The notes: a model not told the origin generated them from the letters alone. DNA of 64,000 nucleotides from Raja brachyura (GCA_963514005.1 OY740808.1:17608001-17672000), one strand, 5' to 3'; positions 24,791-39,021 are shown, numbered from the stretch's first letter. Made by a program: numbers and translations.

Positions 24791-27700
24791 ATGAATCATC
24801 CCAATAGAACAATGAGTCCGATACAAGCCTTAACTGTCCACCAACTTTAAAAGAAACAAACCTTGTGCTGCTCCTGTTGCTTCCTGCCTCGCTGCCTGCA
24901 TGGTGCCTTCCCATAGTACTTTGTGAATAGGCTGCTTAAAGTTCATACATGAATCCGAATAATGCTCTATTTTGTCAGATACTAGGGTTCATTGCCTGGA
25001 ACTCTTCAGAAATGTCACTTTAAAACAAATGATAAATAAAGAACAATCTAATGACTGTGATGAGCTTGGTTGCTCTCCACAGTGCTTCAGTTATGCCAGG
25101 GGTTGTATCTGTGGAGGTCTGAATGGAAGAGGAGGTGATCCAGGACATTCTGTAGCATGTGGTCACTCTCGCCAGTTTGCACAGACAACTGTTCCAGGAA
25201 ATTCTTGAATAGAGCTCTAATGCAAAAAGCAGATGGGCCAAACTTAATGGGATTCACCGCCACCTGACCAGGACTTTCTTACATGGTTTTTGCTGTTTGA
25301 GGACCACTGAAGCTTTGGTGCTAGTGTTAACGAGACAACAAAAAGTTCTAAAAATGAATTCCTTTTTTAAATCATCTTTCTTAATGATGCAATTTCACAA
25401 TAATCTGGTGGGCTACCTTCACCATGTGTTAGTATATCACTCGTGCCCATTGGGTATCCTGTATGTGGCATTACATTTGCGTTTTGGGGAATTAAGTATT
25501 AAACCAACAATCGCCTTCCCCTCCCACCTAGGAATTGATTTTTACAACTTTGGTTTTTATTCACTCCCTCTGAACTCTTGTAACGAAGAACTAGACAGTG
25601 TGTGTGTTTTCTGTTTTTATAACATGTAAACAGATGATGAAAATGTTTACCACCATGACAGGAATGTAAGTGTGACTGACTGGTTACGTCACGGATTGTT
25701 TGGTTAGCTGTAGAACAATTTTTACAAGATTCTTATGTCCTCGGCAAAAATCGATTTTTGACTGATTTAAGCACTCACCAATGTTCATCAATTTCTGAAA
25801 TATCTGCCAACCTGCCAGGTAGGCAAATGCCTTGTTCAAGAATTGAGCTTCTGTTCAATATATAGTGAATTATTACTTATTTTTATTATTCCTTCAGATG
25901 CAGGAAGAAAAGCAATAACCTGTTAAAACAGTAACTGTCTGCAAAACGCAATGTAAATATTTGTTGGTTTTGTGTTGCCTTTGTAAATGAGTAGTAAAAG
26001 TGGGGCAAGAAAATGAATGGCTTGACACTCAGTGTGGCTAATAACCCCTTGCAGTAAACAGCAAATACCTTCAAGGCATTAGGTTAATATCTAGGTACCA
26101 GGGATAGATACCAAGTAATGACTCAAAAATGTCACCAGTCTTCATTGGAAAAATTGTGCTGCAGACCATACAAACTTCAACCTTTGCCTCCCTACTCGTG
26201 GCATATAATTGCATACATTTTTCTCTTCTTTGGAAAGATGAAGAAAATATAAAATTTAAGATTACTGCAAGTAGTGCTAGAATGATCAAAGGTGTTAATT
26301 ATGAGTCTGGGGATACCATTGCAATGCCATCATAGCAAACAGAGGGAGGAGGATGAGAATGTGCCCTGGGTGCAGATGCAAATGCTGTCTTTGTCCACTG
26401 CCTTTTCTTTCCCTGTGGGTTTGCAACATGCCACGGCATTTATTGGATTGTACAGTTAAATACATATTTAACAGGTATGAGGGATTCCCTTTTGTTCATT
26501 TCATAGTTAGACATTTCAAGGAACTTGCCATTGTATGTGAGGAATAAAATCTTTGGCAAGAAGAAAGTTGTTGCTCCAGTGTGGAAGGGGTACCAGACTA
26601 CTGGAATACGCTTCCAGTTGACCAATGCAAACTTTAAGTTAGCTTGCACCATAAGTGGTTCTGATCTCCCATGGGTCTTGTGCCAAGTGTTTACATTCCC
26701 ACTCTTCTCAAAGGACTCTCTGGTTTACTCCTTTATCATGTCTATGATTGAGATCTGGGTTTTGTTTCTCAATGTTCAGAGAATGCACTGAAATGAGACT
26801 GAACTCCTAAGAGGAAGTCTGGATGTTGTATATTTTTAATGGTGAAACATTCAGAATAAAGTTTTACAGACTGTGAATTGCTGTGATTTTAGCATTTAGT
26901 TTCTATAACCTTTTATACACATTCTAGTCCTTTGAAAGGAGCAAACCAGGAGATGAAATCTAACAAATAAGGAAGGCTAACTTGGTACATTTTCTGATCC
27001 TTCGCAATCTGACTAGATATAGAAAATCATGATTTCTATTTTTAGCACCCAATAGAGGCCCTGACATCTTTTGGCTAAAAGGGAACCTTAAAAACAAATG
27101 ATGTCATTGTCACATTGCAGTTATCAGCCCTTATCCAACAAATACCATTGAATTGAAGGAACATTGGTTTAAAATGTTGCCTCATGGTCCCAAGATCTAT
27201 AGTGATAACATGCATGTGTTCCTTCCTGTTTAAATTATTATGCTTTTAATGTTGTTTCTTTACAAAGTGATTTGAATGCAACACAAATTGATTTACCGAG
27301 ACCCTGCAGAGAAACTGTCTATTTATTCTAAGCTGCAAAGATTTTCACATACATAATAATTGGAAGCATTTCCAGTATAGTTTTGATTTCCAAACAATTC
27401 CTTTCTAGATTGACCTTCAGGTAATCACTGCACGACTCCGCAGTCTCTCTAAGCCTTTATTCTGAATGTACGTTCTGAGAATTATAACAAAGTATATGGT
27501 ATTTTGTATTTTGAAAGAATGATCATGGTGAATGCGATATTTGTAATTACTAAAGTTTCTTTTTTATGTATTTTAGTTTTACAATCTGATCAATTCATGG
27601 TGTATAAATGAGTCCTTTGTTATGTTTAAGAAGTGTACAGTTCCTTTACTCACACCAGCAAACGCTCTGTTTCCACACATTCCACACCTCAGTGTTAAGG

Positions 27701-28432
27701 ACAGTATTTGGATTCAAATTGACCCTTTTTCTTCAGTCCTTTAAAGCTTCATATTTAATTTGAACTATTGACGTAAAGATTCTTAGCGGCACATCTGCTT
27801 GGTCTAAAGTAGATGGAAAAGGACTAAGTAATGCACCTCTGCTTGTTTAGCTGCCTGCCTGATGTGTGTTGGCTGAATTATGTTTTAAAAAGTTGTGTTT
27901 ATAACAGTGGAGTTGTTCAGTGCCAGTCCTTTCCAATATTATCTGAGGAGACCGGCTGTGACTGGACTCTCACATACAGTACTGAACCTTTGTCTGGGCC
28001 TCTCCTGACTGAAAGGATGGTCAATGTGCTGCCAGACTTTACCAATGTTGATCTCACACTGGCCTCTTGAAGATGTACATAACTCTGGGTGCATATTTCT
28101 CATCTTCCTGTGGAGAACTTTAATGATTCATTTGGTTGTACTGCTCTGTGGTGCCAACGGAGATCATTATCTTTAATGAAGGAAGTTCTCCATTATAAAT
28201 CAGCAATAGTAAAACGAAGCATTAATAGAACTAAAGTTTCTGAGCAGATCTCCTCGACACACTTTGCCAATGCTAACATTATGTGGCAGCAGCATCAATC
28301 ATTGTTTTAAAATACATTTTAAGGGCTGACGATGAAATGGATATCCAGTGATACCTGCCACAGAAACGCCAAAATTATTTAGTGAGGAGTATTTCCTTCA
28401 CCTGTTTGAGCCAATTGCTTTGAAGGACTGGT

Positions 28433-31156
28433 TTACCATTCATACCGTTTCAGGCCAGTGGGTGGCGGGGGAGGGCAACAGTTCAAAAAGGTGGTGACCG
28501 GGGTGTGTGGAGTCTTTGACGATTTTAGTGGCTCTGCTGAGGTAGCGTGAGGTGGCAATATCCTCCAGAGAGGGCAGTGGGCAGCCGGTGATTCTGCTGT
28601 TTTTACCACTCTCTGGAGCGCTTTCTTATCTGCAGCAGAGCAGCTTGCATACCACACTGACATGCAATATGTCAGTAGACTCTCAATGGTCGCCCGGTAG
28701 AAGGCCACCAGCAGCTTCTTGGTGTTGTGCCTCCTGAGCACTCTCAGGAAGTGGAGTCTCTGTTGTGCTCTCTTGACGGTTGCAGTGGTGTTGGCCGACC
28801 ATGAGAGGTCCTCGGATACGAGGGCTCCTAGGCATATGAAAGTCTGCACCCTTTCCACACATGCCCCATTTATGCAGAGTGGGGCCGGGTCTGCGTCCAG
28901 TTTCCTCCTGAAGTCCAGTATTAGCTCCCTTGTCTTTGTGGTGTTCAGTGTCAGGTTATTTACTGACCACCACTCTGACAGTCGCTGTATCTCGTCCCCC
29001 CGAGATGAGCCCGACGACAGTTGTGTCTTCAGCAAATTTAATAATTGTGTTGGAAGGGTGGGCAGGTGTACAGTCATAGGTGTATAAGGAGTGGACTCAG
29101 CACACAGCCTTGAGGTGCGCCAGTGCTTAGTGTGATGGAGGAGGAGATGTGGGGGCCGGTTTTAACTCTGTGGGCGGTTTGTGAGAAAGTATTTGATCCA
29201 TGTGCAGATGGAGGGGGAGAGGCCTAGGTCAAGCAGTTTGCTGATTAAAGTGTCCGGAATTATAGTATTGAATACTGAGCGATAATCAATGAATAGCATC
29301 CTCACGTAGCTTTCCTGGTGTTCCAAGTGGGTCAGTGCAGTGTGAGGTGCTATGGCGGTTGCATCCTCAGTGGATCTGTTATCTCTGTAGGCAAACTGAT
29401 GTGGGTCGAAGGAGGGAGGTAGGCTGGTTCTGATGTGATGCAGGACTATTTTTTCGAGGCACTTCATAATCACTGGTGTAAGTGCAATCGGTCTATAGTC
29501 ATTCAAGTCCCAATGGACTGGCTTTTTGGGAATAGGAATGACAGTGGCTGACTTTAAGCAGGGTGGAATGATAGCTTGTGACAGGGAGATGTCAAAAATC
29601 TTTGTGAAGACCCCAGCGAGCTGGTCAGCACATGCCTGGAGTACTTTACTCGGTACTCCATCAGGTCCAGCAGCCTTACTTGGATTCACTGACCTCAACA
29701 CACAGGAACTACAGAAATTACAAGAACAGGCCTCGCATCCTGTTCCTGTAATTTGAGTGTGTGGGTGTTAGAGGCGGGTGGAGGCAGTGAGTCTAGCAGG
29801 CCTGTTAGCCTCAAACCGGGCAAAGAAGCGGTTAAGCTACTCAGCGTCAGCATTTAGTGCTGTTGGTACTGCCTTTATAGTTGATTATGTGCTGTAACCC
29901 TTGCCACACTCTCCGTGGGTCCTTGTGTGACAGGAGGCCCTCGAGCCTCCTCTTGTTGGCCACCTTGGCCTCCTTTATGCCTCTCTTCAGGTCGGCTCTC
30001 ACAGTGCTGTACCGGGCTTGGTCACCTAACCTGAAGGCGGTGTTACGGTTTTTGAGGAGTGCTTGTACCTCACTCGTCATCCAGGGTTTCTGGTTGGGAA
30101 ACACCTCGATGCGTTTATTGACTGTGATGTTGTCAATGCAGCTTTTAATGTAAAAAAGCACAGTTTCTGTGTATTCCTCCAGGTCCCCTTGATCGAATAA
30201 ATCCCATTCTGTGTGATCAAAGCAGTCCTGCAGCTGGGATAGAGCCCCCTCGGGGCCATATTGTGATGGTTTTGGTACTTGGCTTTGTTGTTCTTTTGAG
30301 GGGGGTGTATGCGGGGAAACATGAGCCGTGTGAGGTGGTCTGACTGGCCGAGGTGAGGGAGAGTTGCAGTTCTGTAAGCATGTTTGATGTTTGAGTAAAC
30401 ATGGTCTAAAGTATTTTCCCCCCTTGCACAGTTCACATGCTGGTCGAAGTTGGGAAGTATTGTTTTAAAACTTACTTTGTTAAAATCCCCTGCTATGATG
30501 TGTGCACTGTCAGGGTGGGCTCACTGCTGTTTGTTTACAATGGCTAGTTAGTAGCCGAGGGCAATGCTGATATTAGCATCGGGAGGGATGTAAGCAGCAT
30601 TGACGATCATTACACTCAGCTCTCGGGGTAAATAGAAAGGTCGACATAAAATGAGAGGACTTCAAGATCTTGTTGGCACAGCAGTCATTGTGTAGATAGA
30701 CACAGAGCCCCCCCTCCCCTGCTCTTACAGAACTCCTTGCTTCTGTCCTGCCTGTAGCTAGTGCGGCCTGCTAGTTGCACTGCGGCGTCAGGGATTAACG
30801 GGTGTAACCAGCTTTCGGTTATAATCATCACGCAGCAGGTCCGGATGGTGGAGTTAGACGGTGAAGCGATCAGCAGCTCCAATTCATCCGTTTTGTGCGT
30901 GACAGATTGGGCGTTTGTGAGGAGGATACTCTGAAGCGGAGGTTTGTGTGGTTGCTTCCCCAGCCTCGCCAGTAATCCTGACCAGCCGGCATCCTCGTTT
31001 CTGCTTCCTTTCTCTTTGCCGTCCACGTCGCCTGCCGGTCCAACTCACAATCCACGGTGACTCCGGTGGTCTAGCGATGTCATCCTCTATGTTGTAAGCC
31101 TTCTGAAAGACACTTGTCAGTGTCACAATGTCACAAACTTTATGAAGCAAATCTGT
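28433..31156 (-). mobile_element. Near-full-length degenerate Rex1/Babar-clade LINE (APE endonuclease plus RT)
   Basis: Fragments [78 protein letters not shown] and AQQRLHFLRVLR; many frameshifts and stops. Confidence 0.9.
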
Positions 31157-32052
31157 CAGTGTTAGCTGTGAGGAGGATGCTAGGAGGCTGCAAGGTGACT
31201 TGGATAGGTTGGGTGAGTGGGCAAATGCAGATGCAGTATAATGTGGATACATGTGAGGTTATCCACTTTGGTGGCAAAAACAGGAAAGTAGACTATTATC
31301 TGAATGGTGGACGATTAGGAAAAGGGGAGATGCAACGAGATCTGGGTGTCATGGTACACCAGTCATTGAAAGTGGGCATGCAGGTGCAGCAGGCAATGAA
31401 GAAAGCGAATGGTATGTTGGCATTCATAGCAAAAGGATTTGAGTACAAGAGCAGGGAGGTTCTACTGCAGTTGTACAGGGCCTTGGAGAGGCCACACCTG
31501 GAGTATTGCGTACAGTTTTCGTCTCCTAATCTGAGGAAAGACATTCTTGCCATAGAGGGAGTACAGAGAAGGTTCACCAGACTGATTCCTGGGATGGCAG
31601 GACTTCCATATGAAGTAAGACTGGATAAACTCGGCTTGTACTTGCTGGAATTTAGAAGATTGAGGGGGGATCTTATAGAGACTTACAAAATTCTTAAGGG
31701 GTTGGACAGGCTAGATGCAGGAAGATTGTTCCCGATGTTGGGGAAGTCCAGAACAAGGGGTCCCATTTTAAGGATAAGTGGGAAGTATTTTAGGACCAAC
31801 ATGAGAAAATCATTTTTCACACAGTGGTGAATCTGTGGAATTCTCTGCCACAGAAGGTAGCTGAGGCAAGTTCATTGGCTATATTTAAGAGGGAGTTAGA
31901 TGTGGTCCTTGTGGCTAAAGGGATCAGGGGGTATGGAGAGAAGGCAGGTACAGGATACCGAGTTGGATGATCAGCCATGATCATATTGAATGGTGTTGTA
32001 GGCTCAAAGGGCCGAATGGCCTACTCCTGCACCTATTTTCTATGTTTCTATG
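31157..32052 (+). mobile_element. CR1 LINE 3' part (~0.9 kb) inserted in the 5' end of the Rex1 element
   Basis: ORF 31114..31830 encodes the RT C-terminus; tail ttttctatgtttctatg. Confidence 0.92.
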
Positions 32053-32844
32053 TAATTATAAATACTATAGTTCTGTTCAGTAATAGCGAGATGAATAGTG
32101 CAGCTTTTCTGGTGCTGATTGGAGGCGGGTCATTTATGATGTTTTCACTCTATTACCCTTGTTAGAGTCATTAATGGACGTGTGAGCCCAATTTCCCAGA
32201 ATATTTATATTTTCCTGAAGGAATTTTTTCCTCTTGCCGTTTTAATACATTGCTAGTAAAACTAGAGTTATGGTATACATTGGTATCTCATTAATTGGGG
32301 ATGATTTAACCAGATAAAGAGAATTTAAATGGGACATTCAAAATCAAGAATAGGAAATTGCTAATCTTGGACAGTGATAGGCAACCTCTTCCTTTTTTTT
32401 TTAAAATGGTCTCTTAGATTTTTCCAGCACTGCAGCTAATTACCTACATTTCTCATGAAAAAAAAATCCCTTCATTACAACCGCAGCTTGTGAGTTAATT
32501 TTCAATATATTTATCCAAGCATATCATGTCTCTGTAAAATATGAGACTTTGTAGCATTTTGATGTATATGTTCTCGTGCATCTGGGACTAGTAGAAGCAT
32601 TCCGCATCATAGAAGATTTTACAAAAGTATCAAGCGTTTTGTGGAATATCTCTAAATTCAGTTGTATTCTTAAACTTAATGGATTAATTGGTTAAGAGTC
32701 AAATCATTGTATTTGGACAAAATACAAAAGACAATGTAAAACATAAAATCAAATGAGTGAGCAACATAACAAGTCTGATCAAGATCAAACCAATTGATGG
32801 TCTGGGAAGTAATGGTGAGAATTGCTGTTAAGGAGACCTGAAAC

Positions 32845-33147
32845 TTTAGTTTGATTTAGCGATACAGCGCAGAAACAAGCTCTTTGGCGCACAGAGTCTG
32901 CACCGACCAGCGATCCCCACACACTAACACTACCCTACACACACTGGAGCAATTTTTACATTTATACCAAAGCCAATTAACCTACAAACCCTGTACGTCT
33001 TTGGAGTGTGGGAGGAAACTGAAGACCTGGGAGAAACCCCACACAGCTCACAGGGAGAACGTACAAACTCCATACAGACATGCACCGATCGTCAGATTGA
33101 ACCCAGGTCTCTGGCACTGCAAGACAGCAACTCTGCCACTATGCCAG
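32845..33147 (-). mobile_element. HE1-like V-SINE
   Basis: Reverse complement of the SINE body (gggagaacgtacaaactcc..gattgaacccagg). Confidence 0.8.
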
Positions 33148-33245
33148 GTAAATGAGTGCCGTAGTGTGGTTAAAATACATATCGTAGAAGAGTTTGAGAT
33201 CAGTATTTGCATAACTGAGTTAATGCAGGTGGTTGTGTCAATGCA

Positions 33246-33636
33246 ATTAGAAGGATGAGAGGGGATCTTATAAAAACATAAAATAATGGACAGGCTAGAT
33301 GCAGGATTTTTTTTCCCCGTTGTGGGGGGAGTCCAGAATCAGGGGTCACGGTTCAAGAATAAGGGGTAGGCCATTTTGGAATGAGATGAAGAAAAACATT
33401 TTCACCCAGAGAGTTGTGAATCTGTAGAATTCTCTGCCACAGAAGACAGTGGAGGCCAATTCATTGGATGTTTTCAAGTTAGATTTAGCTGTTAGGGCCA
33501 AAGGAAACAAGGGATATGGAGAAAACGCAGGAATGAGGTGCTGATTTTAGATGATCAGCCATGATTATATTTAATGGTGGTGCTGGCTCGAAGGGCCGAA
33601 TGGCCTACTCCTGCACCTATTTTTTTCTATGTTTCT
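33246..33636 (+). mobile_element. CR1 3' fragment
   Basis: Matches the other CR1 3' ends in the window. Confidence 0.85.
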
Positions 33637-34882
33637 AGGTCATTTTTTCCCACCGGGCACTTTTTTCCAGGGTATGAACTGCAGATAAAGTTGATCTTTG
33701 TTATCTCATTACATTGCCTTTACATGCATGAGCATTGATCATCAAAACTGCAGACTTACCTCCTCCTCCCAGCTCCTGGTGCCAGCCACAGACCTCCCCG
33801 TTAGATTCCCTTCATTATTACTGCTGGAAAGGGTCACCGAATACCTATTAGAAATTGGACGGGTTAATCTGCCACTTGATTAGGAGGTTAGGACACATCA
33901 CCAACTCAGCTGCACAGTTAATTACTGAACCATTAGGAAATAGGAGAAATCGCCATTACATGTTTTGACAAGGATAATTTACTAGAGGCTGTTTGAGTGA
34001 AAATACATTGATACAATTTGCATTATATTGTACCTCAAATTGAAAGTTGAACAGTGCAAGTAAAGAATTTAAAGATGTAGTAACTAATACTGAAACAGGT
34101 TTGGGAATGGTTTAATTGGTTTGGCACAAGAGAAAGCACTGCTTTCTAATGTAAGCAAAACAGTTTATCAGTCTGATGAAGTGCAAACTTCCAATTCACA
34201 CAGTGCTTGCTCTACTATGGTTTTTTGAATGCACAGCACATTAATCTTTTTGCTTATTTGTGGAATGAGCGACGAAAGCCATGCAACAGACACCACCCAC
34301 CAATTCATTGGTGGGACAATGGTATCACATTGGATGAAGCGAAAGTTTCAGAGCTTCTCCAGTTCCTGTTGGTGTGATTGATCTAATTCCATTTTAGGTA
34401 TTCCTCAGTGGAGAGATGAGACAAAAATTATAAAATCTCTCCTTTGGTGATACATTTACTGGCTCGATGCACAGGGTGAAATTGATCGGTTTCAACATCT
34501 ACTTAAAAAAACATCTGTCTGCTTCCAACATAAATCAATCCACAGCACAAAACACAATACTGAACAAGAAGAGGGCAAATTAATTTGATTTAAGGTTGAA
34601 TGAAAGGACCAACCTGTGTTTTAGTTCCCGTTCCAGCCATGTTGTACTTGAGAGTTCCTGCTCTCCCCATTCCTGGCAGTAGAATCTGAGCAAGGCACAT
34701 GTGCTTACAACCTTGTGTCAAAGGATGTGGTTTAGAGAATCTCCCTGAAGTTTGTTCCATTCAGCTGCCTCAAGCTCTGTAAGTACAGATTATGGAAAGA
34801 ATAAAATCTGTATTCAATTTTTGTACGATTTAGTAATTAAAAAACTTCAGACTGAGCATCGACTGTTGTATATTTAAGAATA

Positions 34883-34885
<3 letters not shown>

Positions 34886-34928
<43 letters not shown>
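34886..34928. repeat. (AT)n microsatellite
   Basis: About 21 perfect AT units. Confidence 0.95.
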
Positions 34929-34932
<4 letters not shown>

Positions 34933-35169
34933 TAGTGAATGCAAGAGACTTGATTAGGGTGGGGAACAGATATGGAACATGATCCGCTGTCTATGTGATT
35001 TGACCTGGAATTGTGTCATCTCATGATCATGAGATGATTAACCTGACACAAAGAGACACACCCACTTTTAATATGCTCACAAGAATGGCTTTACCTTTCA
35101 GCATCCAATTGTTTCCTAATTACTTCCAGAGATTCCCCACCTCTCATCCTATCGTCGCTTTGCTTGATA

Positions 35170-35715
35170 ATGCCAACTTGTTCTATTTGATCTTATTTGA
35201 TCGTGCACACCGGGTTGATTGCATTATTCGAAATAGGTCGGACCACGTGAAGCTTGCAATCTCCCACCCCCGTAGATTCGTATTCATGAGGGTTTACATC
35301 TTCACTTTTAGCTTTCTGATGCCTCCTTGCCTGCTTCTGCTTTCCCCCGATTTCCAATTTCATCGTGTTCTCTCGGTCTCTCTCCCTATAATCCTCGTCC
35401 AGCCCCTTAACTCTCACAGATCACTGCTCTATTCCAACGCTGACTGTGACCACTCTGCCGCTGTTTCCTCTCCTGATTGGCAGCAGAGCCTTTATTGGCC
35501 ACACTCCAAGCTCTGTAATTCCTACCACGAGAGTTCTAATCTCTTTCAATCGTCTCCTTTAAGATTCCCTTTAAAATTAAATTATTTGACCAAGCTTTGT
35601 CATTCGTTCTAATATTTCCTTCCGTGGCTTGCTATCAATTATGTTTTAATCCTATGAAAAATGCCATGGGAATTAACATTACAAGTGTTATACAAATGCA
35701 AATTTAGTTTGTGTT
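35170..35715 (+). mobile_element. Old L2-like LINE 3' fragment
   Basis: ccaagctctgtaattcc..tttaagattccctttaaaa..tttgaccaagcttt resembles the recalled L2 3' end; it explains the ORF 35013..35612. Confidence 0.5.
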
Positions 35716-36254
35716 TATAATTAAATTAGAGGTGGTGCCAACATTTAATTTCTACCCCTTTTCGATCTACATGTCGACATAACTTTTCCAGAAAGTACCG
35801 GTTATTTTTACCTGCAAGCCAATATTTTGAAGTGCCCATTCTCGCACAATGGCGTTTCCCAGAGCTGGTCAGGGTGCCTCTCAACCACCTGGCCACGTTT
35901 CTCATCTCCCTGGGGTTGTCTCTGAACTACAGCCCGGGGGGGAATATCTGCTGCAGTCTCCGGCTGTGAACAGACACCTCTCCTGCACCTTCAAGTGGGT
36001 CCGGTGCCCAGCTCCCTGACATATACACGCATGGCCAATCGCCAACAACAGCCTCCCCGCTCTCGGCTCGCGTTTATCCCCTTTGCATTGTTACCAGTTG
36101 GATTCTCTCTGATATTTTGAATCGATTATCCCCTCATTAAGTCTGTCACGGAGCATTAATGAAAGCGGCCGCTGCGTCCAAATGAAAGTGTCGATGGCAG
36201 CAGTCTGGGGCACTGTTGGCTTCTGGCGCGTACACACACACACACGGTGGTGCT

Positions 36255-36499
36255 GGTTTAAAACTGCTGATGAGCGTCTGCGTTTTTAATCTGTGCAAAT
36301 CACCAGGCGGGTTGGAGATCGGCGGGGCCGGAGTTTGTGGTCTTCCTCTGTGCGCGGAACAATCAGATCCGATGATGTTGGCTGGATTCCGCTGCGGGGA
36401 ATTGGAAACCGCTGTCGCTCCGGGTGCATAAATAGGCGGCGGGCGAGGAGCAGCGAGCAATCCCTCGGCGGAGGAGACGGTCCCAGCTCGGTCCCCACG
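36255..36499 (+). promoter_or_regulatory. CRYBB3: CRYBB3 promoter and probable non-coding exon 1
   Basis: CpG-rich block with an AT-flanked Maf half-site (tttaaaacTGCTGA, 36265), a Sox-type AACAAT near 36358, TATA-like CATAAATA at 36427 and donor ACG|GTACGG at 36499/36500. Confidence 0.55.
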
Positions 36500-37185
36500 G
36501 TACGGGCAGCCGCTCTCCGCCTCGCCCGCGGTCTGCCACCCCGCTTCACCATTCACACCCTCGCTGAGCAAAATTACATTTTATACTGAAATAGAAAGGA
36601 AATGCAGACGCTGGTTTATATCAAAGATTGTCGCAAAGTGCTGTAGTAACTCAGCGGGTCAGGCAGCATCTCTGGAGACAATGGAAAGGTGTTGGTTAAA
36701 TTGGCTTGCAGCTGTATTTGGCTACTTCAGAATTTAATTGTTTCCATTTTCATTATTACAGCGATTTTTTGGTGAAGTTCCAGTTGAAGATTTTTAGATA
36801 GGACCAGATGAATAATCCAAAACGCAGCCCATTCGACCCTTCATCTCAGTAGCTGTCACCTGCTCGCTCCCAGTAATTCGAGGTGCCATAATTCGCATCT
36901 TATTTTGATAAATTTCTCCCCGAGTGTTGCAAATTAAATGCCCACTCCTGCCGCTATCCCTGAGGCAGTGATGTGCCCATTTTGCTAGATGGGGTGGGGG
37001 CAACAGAAAGGCCCTGCTCTCTCAGTCTGGGTATGGGGTGACGGGCCGAAGCGAAGCAACATCTCCTGATGCTTGTGTCAGACCAAGAGCTAGCCAACCC
37101 CAGCGGGAGCTGTGATCCGCTGCCTCGTATAACGGCGGGGAGCTGCCCACCTGTAACTGGTGTCATTGCATTTTAAGGTGATCAG

Positions 37186-37260
37186 ATGGCGGAGCTGCAG
37201 AGCGAACCCGAGCAGCAAGCGACCGGGAAAAGCAAGGGCATACCCGAAGCTAATTACAAG
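37186..37260 (+). CDS. CRYBB3: CRYBB3 first coding exon (MAELQSEPEQQATGKSKGIPEANYK)
   Basis: Acceptor ttttaag at 37177; ATG at 37186; donor AAG|GTACCC; resembles recalled human MAEQHGAPEQAAAGKSHG..GSYK. Confidence 0.9.
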
Positions 37261-38792
37261 GTACCCAACATTGATCCTAGAGCGGGTTAAACCCCCTTGT
37301 TTTATTCCTAGTGCAGCTTTTGCGCTATTGTCCTGCTTTTATTTTGTTGCATTGTCTTCTTTCTGTTTAGAAATGTTACGTGTAGTTTATGTACTTCTGT
37401 GTATTGTCTGAGTCTATGGGTCTGCGACGTTGCTGCAAACAAGGTTTTCATTGTACCTGTACCTCACCGTCCTCCTGCACATGAGAATAAAACCAACACT
37501 ATTTCACTGTTTGGCAGTAAAAATGCCAACTCAGGTGCTAAGTTTCACTGCTTGAAATTAGAACTGATTTTTAAAATGTCAAATGTAAAGGTAAATTTTA
37601 AAACATTTCTCAATCTCTTAGCCCAGTCTTTCAATGCCAATGTTCTCTTTTGGTGATTGATCTGACGTCAAATGAACGCATTCGGAGGTACATTTCTACT
37701 AATTGCATTGCCTCCAATTTGATTGGTTGACCAACAGTGGGTGATCCTGTACACTGACCTTAACTGTACAGATAGTCTCATTGTCATGTTTACAGATTGC
37801 AATTTTAGAAAGCTTACAGACTAGTTAGTGTATAGTTCTTATTATCACATGTACTGAGATAGTGACAAACTTTTGTTTGCATGCTATCCAGTCAAATCAT
37901 ATCATACACCAAGGTCGTGCAAGAGAGTAGAAGAAACAGATGCAGTATATAGTGAACATATTTATATATAGGTACAGATGCTGTATATAGGAACAGAAAG
38001 CACAGCTAAAAAAATGCAAGGTCTGTAAAATTAGATAGATTGGGAAAACATCCTTAGTATATGAGAGGGCCATTCAAGTCTGGTGGTATGTACTGTCATG
38101 CTTTTATTGTCCTGACATAATTATGTCCAAAATCACAGGATGAGGAGGTGGCCAAGTACCAATGTAAATAAATGGCTGTGAATCATTTGATGCCTTGCTT
38201 CATCTCTGCGTTCAGTAAGATCGTATCTGCAGTCTCACCCAATCCCCTTGGTTCCGAATTTATACAAAAACCTACTTGTATTTCTTTGGTAATCTCAACC
38301 ACCAAGCTTCCACAATCTGGAGAATAAGGAATTTTGGTTTCCATCTCATCAATTCCATGGTTTCCTCAAGCTCTTTAACATTAAAAAAAACACTATCTCT
38401 TGTCCCTTAACAGCTTTGGTTAACTAATATCTGTGAGTCTCCATTACAATTAACATTGACTTTATGTTTACTTACAGAGGATATCTGGCAATATCCCTTT
38501 GCAATGTAATGCTTTCATCTAAACTGCTTATAATGTCACATCTCTGTGTTATCAGAAAACTTAAGTTATATATTTCTGTCGTTATAAATATGATGAATAT
38601 TTGCAGCCCCAAACCAGATCATTAGAGACACTGTCAAAACCAGCCGAATTGAAAACCTGGTCATTATCCCAATCATGTGCCTCTACATGCTCAACTAAAT
38701 GACCATGTGAATGGTCCCTTCAAAATGCTGAATTAGAATGGGAGGAGAAGATGTGTTTGATGGTCAAACGGAGACAAGGAAACACTTTATCT

Positions 38793-39021
38793 CACAGAGA
38801 GTGGTGAGTGTGGAATTCTCTGCCTCAGAGGGCGGTGGAGGCAGGTTCTCTGGATGTTTTCAAGAGAGAGCTAGATAGGGCTCTTAAAAATAGCGGAGTC
38901 AGGGGATATGGGGAGAAGGCAGGAACGGGGTACTGATTGGGGATGATCAGCCATGATCACATTGAACGGCGGTGCTGGCTCGAAGGGCCAAGTGGCCTCC
39001 TCCTGCACCTATTGTCTATTG
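38793..39021 (+). mobile_element. CR1 3' end
   Basis: CR1 tail ending attgtctattgtc. Confidence 0.85.

Noticed and set aside
35013-35612. 199-aa ORF upstream of CRYBB3
   Set aside because: It has no ATG start or recognisable domain and overlaps a degenerate L2-like fragment.
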